A stretch of 51,588 nt of DNA from Eledone cirrhosa (Eukaryota): assembly GCA_964016885.1 (NCBI GenBank), contig CAXHJY010000213.1, positions 1-51,588 on the forward strand. The letters run 5' to 3'. How positions within the stretch are numbered: the stretch's first letter is position 1; every line of letters starts with the position of its first letter. A program made the position numbers and the translations under genes. The notes below the pieces were generated by a model. The model was not told where the DNA came from and searched no databases. It saw only the letters and a list, made by a program, of their open reading frames with translations. This document shows positions 39,001 through 51,588 of the stretch, one piece after another.

Positions 39001-42000
39001 GTCCTACCACTCTGTCCTACCACTCTGTCCTACCATTTCTGTCCTACCACTCTGTCCTACCATTTCTGTCCTACCACTCTGTCCTACCATTTCTGTCCTA
39101 CCACTCTGTCCTACCATTTCTGTCCTACCACTCTGTCCTACCACTCTGTCCTACCATTTCTGTCCTACCACTCTGTCCTACCACTCTGTCCTACCATTTC
39201 TGTCCTACCACTCTGTCCTACCATTTCTGTCCTACCACTCTGTCCTACCATTTCTGTCCTACCACTCTGTCCTACCATTTCTGTCCTACCACTCTGTCCT
39301 ACCACTCTGTCCTACCACTCTGTCCTACCATTTCTGTCCTACCACTCTGTCCTACCACTCTGTCCTACCACTCTGTCCTACCATTTCTGTCCTACCACTC
39401 TGTCCTACCATTTCTGTCCTACCACTCTGTCCTACCATTTCTGTCCTACCACTCTGTCCTACCACTCTGTCCTACCATTTCTGTCCTAGCACTCTGTCCT
39501 ACCATTTCTGTCGTACCATTTCTGTCCTACCATTTCTGTCCTACCACTCTGTCCTACCATTTCTGTCCTAGCACTCTGTCCTGCCATTTCTGTCGTACCA
39601 TTTCTGTCCTACCATTTCTGTCCTACCACTCTGTCCTACCATTTCTGTCCTACCACTCTGTCCTGCCATTTCTGTCCTACCACTCTGTCCTGCCATTTCT
39701 GTCCTACCACTCTCTCCTACCACTCTGTCCTGCCATTTCTGTCCTACCACTCTGTCCTACCACTCTGTCCTACCACTCTGTCCTACCACTCTGTCCTACC
39801 ATTTCTGTCCTACCACTCTGTCCTACCATTTCTGTCCTACCACTCTGTCCTACCACTCTGTCCTACCATTTCTGTCCTACCACTCTGTCCTACCACTCTG
39901 TCCTACCACTCTGTCCTACCATTTCTGTCCTACCACTCTGTCCTACCACTCTGTCGTACCATTTCTGTCCTACCACTCTGTCCTACCATTTCTGTCCTAC
40001 CACTCTGTCCTACCATTTCTGTCCTACCACTCTGTCCTACCACTCTGTCCTACCATTTCTGTCCTACCACTCTGTCCTACCACTCTGTCCTACCACTCTG
40101 TCCTACCACTCTGTCCTACCATTTCTGTCCTACCACTCTGTCCTACCATTTCTGTCCTACCACTCTGTCCTACCATTTCTGTCCTACCACTCTGTCCTAC
40201 CATTTCTGTCCTACCACTCTGTCCTACCACTCTGTCCTACCACTCTGTCCTACCATTTCTGTCCTAGCACTCTGTCCTACCACTCTGTCCTACCATTTCT
40301 GTCCTACCACTCTGTCCTACCACTCTGTCCTACCATTTCTGTCCTACCACTCTGTCCTACCACTCTGTCCTACCATTTCTGTCCTACCACTCTGTCCTAC
40401 CACTCTGTCCTACCATTTCTGTCCTACCACTCTGTCCTACCACTCTGTCCTACCATTTCTGTCCTACCACTCTGTCCTACCATTTCTGTCCTACCACTCT
40501 GTCCTACCATTTCTGTCCTACCACTCTGTCCTACCACTCTGTCCTACCATTTCTGTCCTACCACTCTGTCCTACCACTCTGTCCTACCACTCTGTCCTAC
40601 CATTTCTGTCCTACCACTCTGTCCTACCATTTCTGTCCTACCACTCTGTCCTACCACTCTGTCCTACCACTCTGTCCTACCACTCTGTCCTACCACTCTG
40701 TCCTACCACTCTGTCCTACCACTCTGTCCTACCATTTCTGTCCTACCACTCTGTCCTACCACTCTGTCCTACCATTTCTGTCCTACCACTCTGTCCTACC
40801 ACTCTGTCCTACCACTCTGTCCTACCACTCTGTCCTACCACTCTGTCCTACCATTTCTGTCCTACCACTCTGTCCTACCATTTCTGTCCTACCACTCTGT
40901 CCTACCATTTCTGTCCTACCACTCTGTCCTACCACTCTGTCCTACCATTTCTGTCCTACCACTCTGTCCTACCACTCTGTCCTACCATTTCTGTCCTACC
41001 ACTCTGTCCTACCACTCTGTCCTACCATTTCTGTCCTACCACTCTGTCCTACCACTCTGTCCTACCATTTCTGTCCTACCACTCTGTCCTACCACTCTGT
41101 CCTACCATTTCTGTCCTACCACTCTGTCCTACCATTTCTGTCCTACCACTCTGTCCTACCATTTCTGTCCTACCACTCTGTCCTACCACTCTGTCCTACC
41201 ATTTCTGTCCTACCACTCTGTCCTACCATTTCTGTCCTACCACTCTGTCCTACCATTTCTGTCCTACCACTCTGTCCTACCACTCTGTCCTACCATTTCT
41301 GTCCTACCACTCTGTCCTACCACTCTGTCCTACCACTCTGTCCTACCATTTCTGTCCTACCACTCTGTCCTACCATTTCTGTCCTACCACTCTGTCCTAC
41401 CACACTGTCCTACCATTTCTGTCCTACCACTCTGTCCTACCATTTCTGTCCTACCACTCTGTCCTACCACTCTGTCCTACCATTTCTGTCCTACCACTCT
41501 GTCCTACCACTCTGTCCTACCATTTCTGTCCTACCACTCTGTCCTACCACTCTGTCCTACCATTTCTGTCCTACCACTCTGTCCTACCACTCTGTCCTAC
41601 CATTTCTGTCCTACCACTCTGTCCTACCACTCTGTCCTACCATTTCTGTCCTACCACTCTGTCCTACCATTTCTGTCCTACCACTCTGTCCTACCATTTC
41701 TGTCCTACCACTCTGTCCTACCATTTCTGTCGTACCACTCTGTCCTACCACTCTGTCCTACCATTTCTGTCCTACCACTCTGTCCTACCATTTCTGTCCT
41801 ACCACTCTGTCCTACCATTTCTGTCCTACCACTCTGTCCTACCACTCTGTCCTACCATTTCTGTCCTACCACTCTGTCCTACCACTCTGTCCTACCATTT
41901 CTGTCCTACCACTCTGTCCTACCATTTCTGTCCTACCACTCTGTCCTACCATTTCTGTCCTACCACTCTGTCCTACCATTTCTGTCGTACCATTTCTGTC

Positions 42001-45000
42001 CTAGCACTCTGTCCTACCATTTCTGTCCTACCACTCTGTCCTACCATTTCTGTCCTACCACTCTGTCCTACCATTTCTGTCCTACCATTTCTGTCGTACC
42101 ATTTCTGTCCTAGCACTCTGTCCTACCATTTCTGTCCTACCACTCTGTCCTACCATTTCTGTCCTACCACTCTGTCCTACCATTTCTGTCGTACCATTTC
42201 TGTCCTAGCACTCTGTCCTACCATTTCTGTCCTACCACTCTGTCCTACTATTTCTGTCCTACCACTCTGTCCTACCATTTCTGTCCTACCATTTCTGTCC
42301 TAGCACTCTGTCCTACCATTTCTGTCCTACCACTCTGTCCTACCATTTCTGTCCTACCACTCTGTCCTACCATTTCTGTCCTACCATTTCTGTCGTACCA
42401 TTTCTGTCCTAGCACTCTGTCCTACCATTTCTGTCCTAGCACTCTGTCCTAACATTTCTGTCCTACCACTCTGTCCTACCACTCTGTCCTACCACTCTGT
42501 CCTACCACTCTGTCCTACCACTCTGTCCTACCATTTCTGTCCTACCACTCTGTCCTACCACTCTGTCCTACCATTTCTGTCCTACCACTCTGTCCTACCA
42601 CTCTGTCCTACCATTTCTGTCCTACCACTCTGTCCTACCACTCTGTCCTACCACTCTGTCCTACCACACTGTCCTACCATTTCTGTCGTACCATTTCTGT
42701 CCTACCACTCTGTCCTACCATTTCTGTCCTACCACTCTGTCCTGCCATTTCTGTCCTACCATTTCTGTCCTACCACTCTGTCCTACCATTTCTGTCGTAC
42801 CATTTCTGTCCTACCACTCTGTCCTACCACTCTGTCCTACCACTCTGTCCTACCATTTCTGTCCTACCACTCTGTCCTACCATTTCTGTCGTACCATTTC
42901 TGTCCTACCACTCTGTCCTACCATTTCTGTCGTACCATTTCTGTCCTACCACTCTGTCCTACCATTTCTGTCGTACCATTTCTGTCCTACCACTCTGTCC
43001 TACCATTTCTGTCGTACCATTTCTGTCCTACCACTCTGTCCTACCATTTCTGTCCTACCATTTCTGTCGTACCATTTCTGTCGTACCATTTCTGTCCTAC
43101 CACTCTGTCCTACCATTTCTGTCCTACCATTTCTGTCCTACCACTCTGTCCTACCATTTCTGTCGTACCATTTCTGTCGTACCATTTCTGTCCTACCACT
43201 CTGTCCTACCATTTCTGTCGTACCAATTCTGTCCTACCACTCTGTCCTACCATTTCTGTCCTACCACTCTGTCCTACCATTTCTGTCGTACCATTTCTGT
43301 CCTACCACTCTGTCCTACCATTTCTGTCGTACCATTTCTGTCCTACCACTCTGTCCTACCATTTCTGTCGTACCATTTCTGTCCTACCACTCTGTCCTAC
43401 CATTTCTGTCCTACCACTCTGTCCTACCATTTCTGTCGTACCACTCTGTCCTACCACTCTGTCCTGCCATTTCTGTCCTACCATTTCTGTCGTACCATTT
43501 CTGTCCTACCACTCTGTCGTACCACTCTGTCCTACCATTTCTGTCCTACCATTTCTGTCGTACCACTCTGGCCTACCACTCTGTCCTACCACTCTGTCCT
43601 ACCACTCTGTCCTACCACTCTGTCCTACCACTCTGTCCTACCACTCTGTCCTACCATTTCTGTCCTACCACTCTGTCCTACCACTCTGTCCTACCACTCT
43701 GTCCTACCACTCTGTCCTACCACTCTGTCCTACCACTCTGTCCTACCATTTCTGTCCTACCATTTCTGTCGTACCACTCTGTCCTACCACTCTGTCCTAC
43801 CACTCTGTCCTACCACTCTCCTACCACTCTGTCCTACCACTCTGTCCTACCATTTCTGTCCTACCACTCTGTCCTACCACTCTGTCCTACCACTCTGTCC
43901 TACCACTCTGTCCTACCACTCTGTCCTACCATTTCTGTCCTACCATTTCTGTCCTACCACTCTGTCCTACCATTTCTGTCGTACCATTTCTGTCCTACCA
44001 CTCTGTCCTACCATTTCTGTCGTACCATTTCTGTCCTATCACTCTGTCCTACCATTTCTGTCCTACCACTCTGTCCTACCATTTCTGGCCTACCACTCTG
44101 TCCTACCATTTCTGTCCTACCACTCTGTCCTACCATTTCTGTCCTACCATTTCTGTCCTACCACTCTGTCCTACCATTTCTGTCCTACCATTTCTGTCCT
44201 ACCATTTCTGTCGTACCATTTCTGTCCTACCATTTCTGTCCTACCATTTCTGTCGTACCATTTCTGTCCTACCACTCTGTCCTACCATTTCTGTCCTACC
44301 ATTTCTGTCCTACCACTCTGTCCTACCATTTCTGTCCTACCATTTCTGTCCTACCATTTCTGTCGTACCATTTCTGTCCTACCATTTCTGTCCTACCATT
44401 TCTGTCCTACCATTTCTGTCCTACCACTCTGTCCTACCATTTCTGTCGTACCATTTCTGTCCTACCACTCTGTCCTACCATTTCTGTCCTACCACTCTGT
44501 CCTACCATTTCTGTCGTACCATTTCTGTCCTACCACTCTGTCCTACCATTTCTGTCCTACCACTCTGTCCTACCATTTCTGTCGTACCATTTCTGTCCTA
44601 CCACTCTGTCCTACCATTTCTGTCGTACCATTTCTGTCCTACCACTCTGTCCTACCATTTCTGTCGTACCATTTCTGTCCTACCATTTCTGTCCTACCAC
44701 TCTGTCCTACCATTTCTGTCGTACCATTTCTGTCCTACCACTCTGTCCTACCATTTCTGTCGTACCATTTATGTCGTACCATTTCTGTCGTACCATTTCT
44801 GTCCTACCACTCTGTCCTACCATTTCTGTCGTACCATTTCTGTCGTACCATTTCTGTCGTACCATTTCTGTCCTACCACTCCGTCCTACCATTTCTGTCG
44901 TACCATTTCTGTCGTACCATTTCTGTCCTACCACTCTGTCCTACCATTTCTGTCGTACCATTTGTGTCGTACCATTTGTGTCCTACCACTCTGTCCTACC

Positions 45001-48000
45001 ATTTCTGTCGTACCATTTCTGTCCTACCACTCTGTCCTACCATTTCTGTCCTACCACTCTGTCCTACCATTTCTGTCCTACCATTTCTGTCCTACCATTT
45101 CTGTCCTACCACTCTGTCCTACCATTTCTGTCGTACCATTTCTGTCCTACCACTCTGTCCTACCATTTCTGTCGTACCATTTCTGTCGTACCATTTCTGT
45201 CCTACCACTCTGTCCTACCATTTCTGTCGTACCATTTCTGTCCTACCACTCTGTCCTACCATTTCTGTCGTACCATTTCTGTCGTACCATTTCTGTCCTA
45301 CCACTCTGTCCTACCATTTCTGTCGTACCATTTCTGTCCTACCACTCTGTCCTACCATTTCTGTCGTACCATTTCTGTCCTACCACTCTGTCCTACCATT
45401 TCTGTCGTACCATTTCTGTCGTACCATTTCTGTCCTACCACTCTGTCCTACCATTTCTGTCCTACCATTTCTGTCCTACCACTCTGTCCTACCATTTCTG
45501 TCGTACCATTTCTGTCCTACCACTCTGTCCTACCACTCTGTCCTACCACTCTGTCCTACCATTTCTGTCCTACCACTCTGTCCTACCATTTCTGTCGTAC
45601 CATTTCTGTCCTACCACTCTGTCCTACCATTTCTGTCGTACCATTTCTGTCCTACCACTCTGTCCTACCATTTCTGTCGTACCATTTCTGTCCTACCACT
45701 CTGTCCTACCATTTCTGTCGTACCATTTCTGTCCTACCACTCTGTCCTACCATTTCTGTCCTACCATTTCTGTCGTACCATTTCTGTCGTACCATTTCTG
45801 TCCTACCACTCTGTCCTACCATTTCTGTCCTACCATTTCTGTCCTACCACTCTGTCCTACCATTTCTGTCGTACCATTTCTGTCGTACCATTTCTGTCCT
45901 ACCACTCTGTCCTACCATTTCTGTCGTACCATTTCTGTCCTACCACTCTGTCCTACCATTTCTGTCCTACCATTTCTGTCGTACCAATTCTGTCCTACCA
46001 CTCTGTCCTACCATTTCTGTCCTACCACTCTGTCCTACCATTTCTGTCGTACCATTTCTGTCCTACCACTCTGTCCTACCATTTCTGTCGTACCATTTCT
46101 GTCCTACCACTCTGTCCTACCATTTCTGTCGTACCATTTCTGTCCTACCACTCTGTCCTACCATTTCTGTCCTACCACTCTGTCCTACCATTTCTGTCGT
46201 ACCACTCTGTCCTACCACTCTGTCCTGCCATTTCTGTCCTACCATTTCTGTCGTACCATTTCTGTCCTACCACTCTGTCGTACCACTCTGTCCTACCATT
46301 TCTGTCCTACCATTTCTGTCGTACCACTCTGGCCTACCACTCTGTCCTACCACTCTGTCCTACCACTCTGTCCTACCACTCTGTCCTACCACTCTGTCCT
46401 ACCACTCTGTCCTACCACTCTGTCCTACCATTTCTGTCCTACCAATCTGTCCTACCACTCTGTCCTACCACTCTGTCCTACCACTCTGTCAAACCACTCT
46501 GTCCTACCACTCTGTCCTACCATTTCTGTCCTACCATTTCTGTCGTACCACTCTGTCCTACCACTCTGTCCTACCACTCTGTCCTACCACTCTGTCCTAC
46601 CACTCTGTCCTACCACTCTGTCCTACCACTCTGTCCTACCATTTCTGTCCTACCACTCTGTCCTACCACTCTGTCCTACCACTCTGTCCTACCACTCTGT
46701 CCTACCACTCTGTCCTACCATTTCTGTCCTACCATTTCTGTCCTACCACTCTGTCCTACCATTTCTGTCGTACCATTTCTGTCCTACCACTCTGTCCTAC
46801 CATTTCTGTCGTACCATTTCTGTCCTACCACTCTGTCCTACCATTTCTGTCCTACCACTCTGTCCTACCATTTCTGGCCTACCACTCTGTCCTACCATTT
46901 CTGTCCTACCACTCTGTCCTACCATTTCTGTCCTACCATTTCTGTCCTACCACTCTGTCCTACCATTTCTGTCCTACCATTTCTGTCGTACCATTTCTGT
47001 CCTACCATTTCTGTCCTACCATTTCTGTCGTACCATTTCTGTCCTACCACTCTGTCCTACCATTTCTGTCCTACCATTTCTGTCCTACCACTCTGTCCTA
47101 CCATTTCTGTCCTACCATTTCTGTCCTACCATTTCTGTCGTACCATTTCTGTCCTACCATTTCTGTCCTACCATTTCTGTCCTACCATTTCTGTCCTACC
47201 ACTCTGTCCTACCATTTCTGTCGTACCATTTCTGTCCTACCACTCTGTCCTACCATTTCTGTCCTACCACTCTGTCCTACCATTTCTGTCGTACCATTTC
47301 TGTCCTACCACTCTGTCCTACCATTTCTGTCCTACCACTCTGTCCTACCATTTCTGTCGTACCATTTCTGTCCTACCACTCTGTCCTACCATTTCTGTCG
47401 TACCATTTCTGTCCTACCACTCTGTCCTACCATTTCTGTCGTACCATTTCTGTCCTACCATTTCTGTCCTACCACTCTGTCCTACCATTTCTGACGTACC
47501 ATTTCTGTCCTACCACTCTGTCCTACCATTTCTGTCGTACCATTTCTGTCGTACCATTTCTGTCGTACCATTTCTGTCCTACCACTCTGTCCTACCATTT
47601 CTGTCGTACCATTTCTGTCGTACCATTTCTGTCCTACCACTCTGTCCTACCATTTCTGTCGTACCATTTGTGTCGTACCATTTCTGTCCTACCACTCTGT
47701 CCTACCATTTCTGTCGTACCATTTGTGTCGTACCATTTCTGTCCTACCACTCTGTCCTACCATTTCTGTCGTACCATTTCTGTCCTACCACTCTGTCCTA
47801 CCATTTCTGTCCTACCACTCTGTCCTACCATTTCTGTCCTACCATTTCTGTCCTACCATTTCTGTCCTACCACTCTGTCCTACCATTTCTGTCGTACCAT
47901 TTCTGTCCTACCACTCTGTCCTACCATTTCTGTCGTACCATTTCTGTCGTACCATTTCTGTCCTACCACTCTGTCCTACCATTTCTGTCGTACCATTTCT

Positions 48001-51000
48001 GTCGTACCATTTCTGTCCTACCACTCTGTCCTACCATTTCTGTCGTACCATTTCTGTCCTACCACTCTGTCCTACCATTTCTGTCGTACCATTTCTGTCC
48101 TACCACTCTGTCCTACCATTTCTGTCGTACCATTTCTGTCGTACCATTTCTGTCCTACCACTCTGTCCTACCATTTCTGTCGTACCATTTCTGTCCTACC
48201 ACTCTGTCCTACCATTTCTGTCGTACCATTTCTGTCGTACCATTTCTGTCCTACCACTCTGTCCTACCATTTCTGTCCTACCACTCTGTCCTACCATTTC
48301 TGTCCTACCATTTCTGTCGTACCATTTCTGTCCTACCACTCTGTCCTACCATTTCTGTCCTACCATTTCTGTCGTACCATTTCTGTCCTACCACTCTGTC
48401 CTACCATTTCTGTCGTACCATTTCTGTCCTACCACTCTGTCCTACCATTTCTGTCGTACCATTTCTGTCCTACCACTCTGTCCTACCATTTCTGTCCTAC
48501 CACTCTGTCCTACCATTTCTGTCCTACCATTTCTGTCGTACCATTTCTGTCCTACCACTCTGTCCTACCATTTCTGTCGTACCATTTCTGTCGTACCATT
48601 TCTGTCCTACCACTCTGTCCTACCATTTCTGTCGTACCATTTCTGTCCTACCACTCTGTCCTACCATTTCTGTCGTACCATTTCTGTCCTACCACTCTGT
48701 CCTACCATTTCTGTCGTACCATTTCTGTCCTACCACTCTGTCCTACCATTTCTGTCCTACCACTCTGTCCTACCATTTCTGTCCTACCATTTCTGTCGTA
48801 CCATTTCTGTCCTACCACTCTGTCCTACCATTTCTGTCGTACCATTTCTGTCGTACCATTTCTGTCCTACCACTCTGTCCTACCATTTCTGTCGTACCAT
48901 TTCTGTCCTACCACTCTGTCCTACCATTTCTGTCCTACCACTCTGTCCTACCATTTCTGTCGTACCATTTCTGTCGTACCATTTCTGTCCTACCACTCCG
49001 TCCTACCATTTCTGTCGTACCATTTCTGTCGTACCATTTCTGTCCTACCACTCTGTCCTACCATTTCTGTCGTACCATTTCTGTCCTACCACTCTGTCCT
49101 ACCATTTCTGTCCTACCACTCTGTCCTACCATTTCTGTCGTACCATTTCTGTCGTACCATTTCTGTCCTACCACTCTGTCCTACCATTTCTGTCGTACCA
49201 TTTCTGTCCTACCACTCTGTCCTACCATTTCTGTCCTACCACTCTGTCCTACCATTTCTGTCCTACCATTTCTGTCGTACCATTTCTGTCCTACCACTCT
49301 GTCCTACCATTTCTGTCGTACCATTTCTGTCGTACCATTTCTGTCCTACCACTCTGTCCTACCATTTCTGTCGTACCATTTCTGTCCTACCACTCTGTCC
49401 TACCATTTCTGTCGTACCATTTCTGTCCTACCACTCTGTCCTACCATTTCTGTCGTACCATTTCTGTCGTACCATTTCTGTCCTACCACTCTGTCCTACC
49501 ATTTCTGTCGTACCATTTCTGTCCTACCACTCTGTCCTACCATTTCTGTCGTACCATTTCTGTCCTACCACTCTGTCCTACCATTTCTGTCGTACCATTT
49601 CTGTCGTACCATTTCTGTCCTACCACTCTGTCCTACCATTTCTGTCGTACCATTTCTGTCCTACCACTCTGTCCTACCATTTCTGTCCTACCATTTCTGT
49701 CGTACCATTTCTGTCCTACCACTCTGTCCTACCATTTCTGTCCTACCATTCTGTCCTACCATTTCTGTCCTACCATTTCTGTCGTACCATTTCTGTCCTA
49801 CCACTCTGTCCTACCATTTCTGTCGTACCATTTCTGTCGTACCATTTCTGTCCTACCACTCTGTCCTACCATTTCTGTCGTACCATTTCTGTCCTACCAC
49901 TCTGTCCTACCATTTCTGTCGTACCATTTCTGTCGTACCATTTCTGTCCTACCACTCTGTCCTACCATTTCTGTCGTACCATTTCTGTCCTACCACTCTG
50001 TCCTACCATTTCTGTCGTACCATTTCTGTCCTACCACTCTGTCCTACCATTTCTGTCCTACCATTTCTGTCGTACCATTTCTGTCCTACCACTCTGTCCT
50101 ACCATTTCTGTCGTACCATTTCTGTCCTACCATTTCTGTCGTACCATTTCTGTCGTACCATTTCTGTCCTACCACTCTGTCCTACCATTTCTGTCGTACC
50201 ATTTCTGTCCTACCACTCTGTCCTACCATTTCTGTCCTACCATTTCTGTCGTACCATTTCTGTCCTACCACTCTGTCCTACCATTTCTGTCGTACCATTT
50301 CTGTCGTACCATTTCTGTCCTACCACTCTGTCCTACCATTTCTGTCGTACCATTTCTGTCCTACCACTCTGTCCTACCATTTCTGTCCTACCATTTCTGT
50401 CGTACCATTTCTGTCCTACCACTCTGTCCTACCATTTCTGTCCTACCATTTCTGTCGTACCATTTCTGTCCTACCACTCTGTCCTACCATTTCTGTCCGT
50501 ACCATTTCTGTCGTACCATTTCTGTCCTACCATTTCTGTCGTACCATTTCTGTCCTACCACTCTGTCCTACCATTTCTGTCCTACCATTTCTGTCCTACC
50601 ATTTCTGTCCTACCATTTCTGTCCTACCATTTCTGTCCTACCATTTCTGTCCTACCACTCTGTCCTACCATTTCTGTCCTACCATTTCTGTCGTACCATT
50701 TCTGTCCTACCACTCTGTCCTACCATTTCTGTCGTACCATTTCTGTCCTACCACTCTGTCCTACCATTTCTGTCGTACCATTTCTGTCGTACCATTTCTG
50801 TCCTACCACTCTGTCCTACCATTTCTGTCCTACCATTTCTGTCGTACCATTTCTGTCCTACCACTCTGTCCTACCATTTCTGTCCTACCATTTCTGTCCT
50901 ACCACTCTGTCCTACCATTTCTGTCCTACCATTTCTGTCGTACCATTTCTGTCCTACCACTCTGTCCTACCATTCTGTCCTACCATTTCTGTCGTACCAC

Positions 51001-51588
51001 TCTGTCCTACCACTCTGTCCTACCATTTCTGTCCTACCATTTCTGTCCGTACCATTTCTGTCCGTACCATTTCTGTCGTACCATTTCTGTCCTACCACTC
51101 TGTCCTACCATTTCTGTCGTACCATTTCTGTCGTACCATTTCTGTCCTACCACTCTGTCCTACCATTTCTGTCCTACCATTTCTGTCGTACCATTTCTGT
51201 CCTACCACTCTGTCCTACCATTTCTGTCCTACCATTTCTGTCGTACCATTTCTGTCCTACCACTCTGTCCTACCATTTCTGTCGTACCATTCTGTCCTAC
51301 CACTCTGTCCTACCATTTCTGTCGTACCATTTCTGTCCTACCACTCTGTCCTACCATTTCTGTCGTACCATTTCTGTCGTACCATTTCTGTCCTACCACT
51401 CTGTCCTACCATTTCTGTCCTACCATTTCTGTCGTACCATTTCTGTCCTACCACTCTGTCCTACCATTTCTGTCCGTACCATTTCTGTCGTACCATTTCT
51501 GTCCTACCACTCTGTCCTACCATTTCTGTCGTACCATTTCTGTCCTACCACTCTGTCCTACCATTTCTGTCGTACCACTCTGTCCTAC
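36012..51588. repeat. Satellite array (>15.5 kb, runs off the window) of 13/14-bp monomers CTGTCCTACCACT / CTGTCCTACCATTT / CTGTCGTACCATTT
   Basis: Direct reading; more than 1000 monomers by length. Confidence 0.98.

Noticed and set aside
35991-47494. Long ORFs in the satellite (up to 907 aa)
   Set aside because: The monomers contain no plus-strand stop, so all frames read through; the 13/14-bp periods shift frame continually.

Overview
Eukaryotic, AT-rich, repeat-dominated DNA. The SINE/RTE tails and dense (TA)n tracts suggest an animal, probably a cephalopod such as Octopus (inference). Bases 1-36,000 are a mosaic of microsatellites, tRNA-derived SINEs, RTE-clade LINEs (one near full length with C-terminal C2H2 fingers), two non-autonomous Helitron copies, a TTAA-flanked MITE family and many Penelope-like element (PLE) remnants. 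Several PLE remnants carry type I hammerhead ribozymes and sit in (TA)n tracts. These repeats surround two exons of a host gene (signal peptide plus PAN/apple-like domain). Bases 36,012-51,588 are a 13/14-bp satellite array with zoned variants. The most notable item is a near-intact Neptune-type PLE (29,152-34,518). It has an extra coiled-coil/low-complexity ORF1 that overlaps the RT-GIY-YIG ORF in the -1 frame across an in-phase U UUU UUA slippery heptamer, and the conserved PLE N-terminal motif lies upstream of any start codon. This points to gag-pol-like programmed frameshifting in an endonuclease-bearing PLE. All alignments and folds were done by eye, and boundaries of degenerate repeats are approximate.
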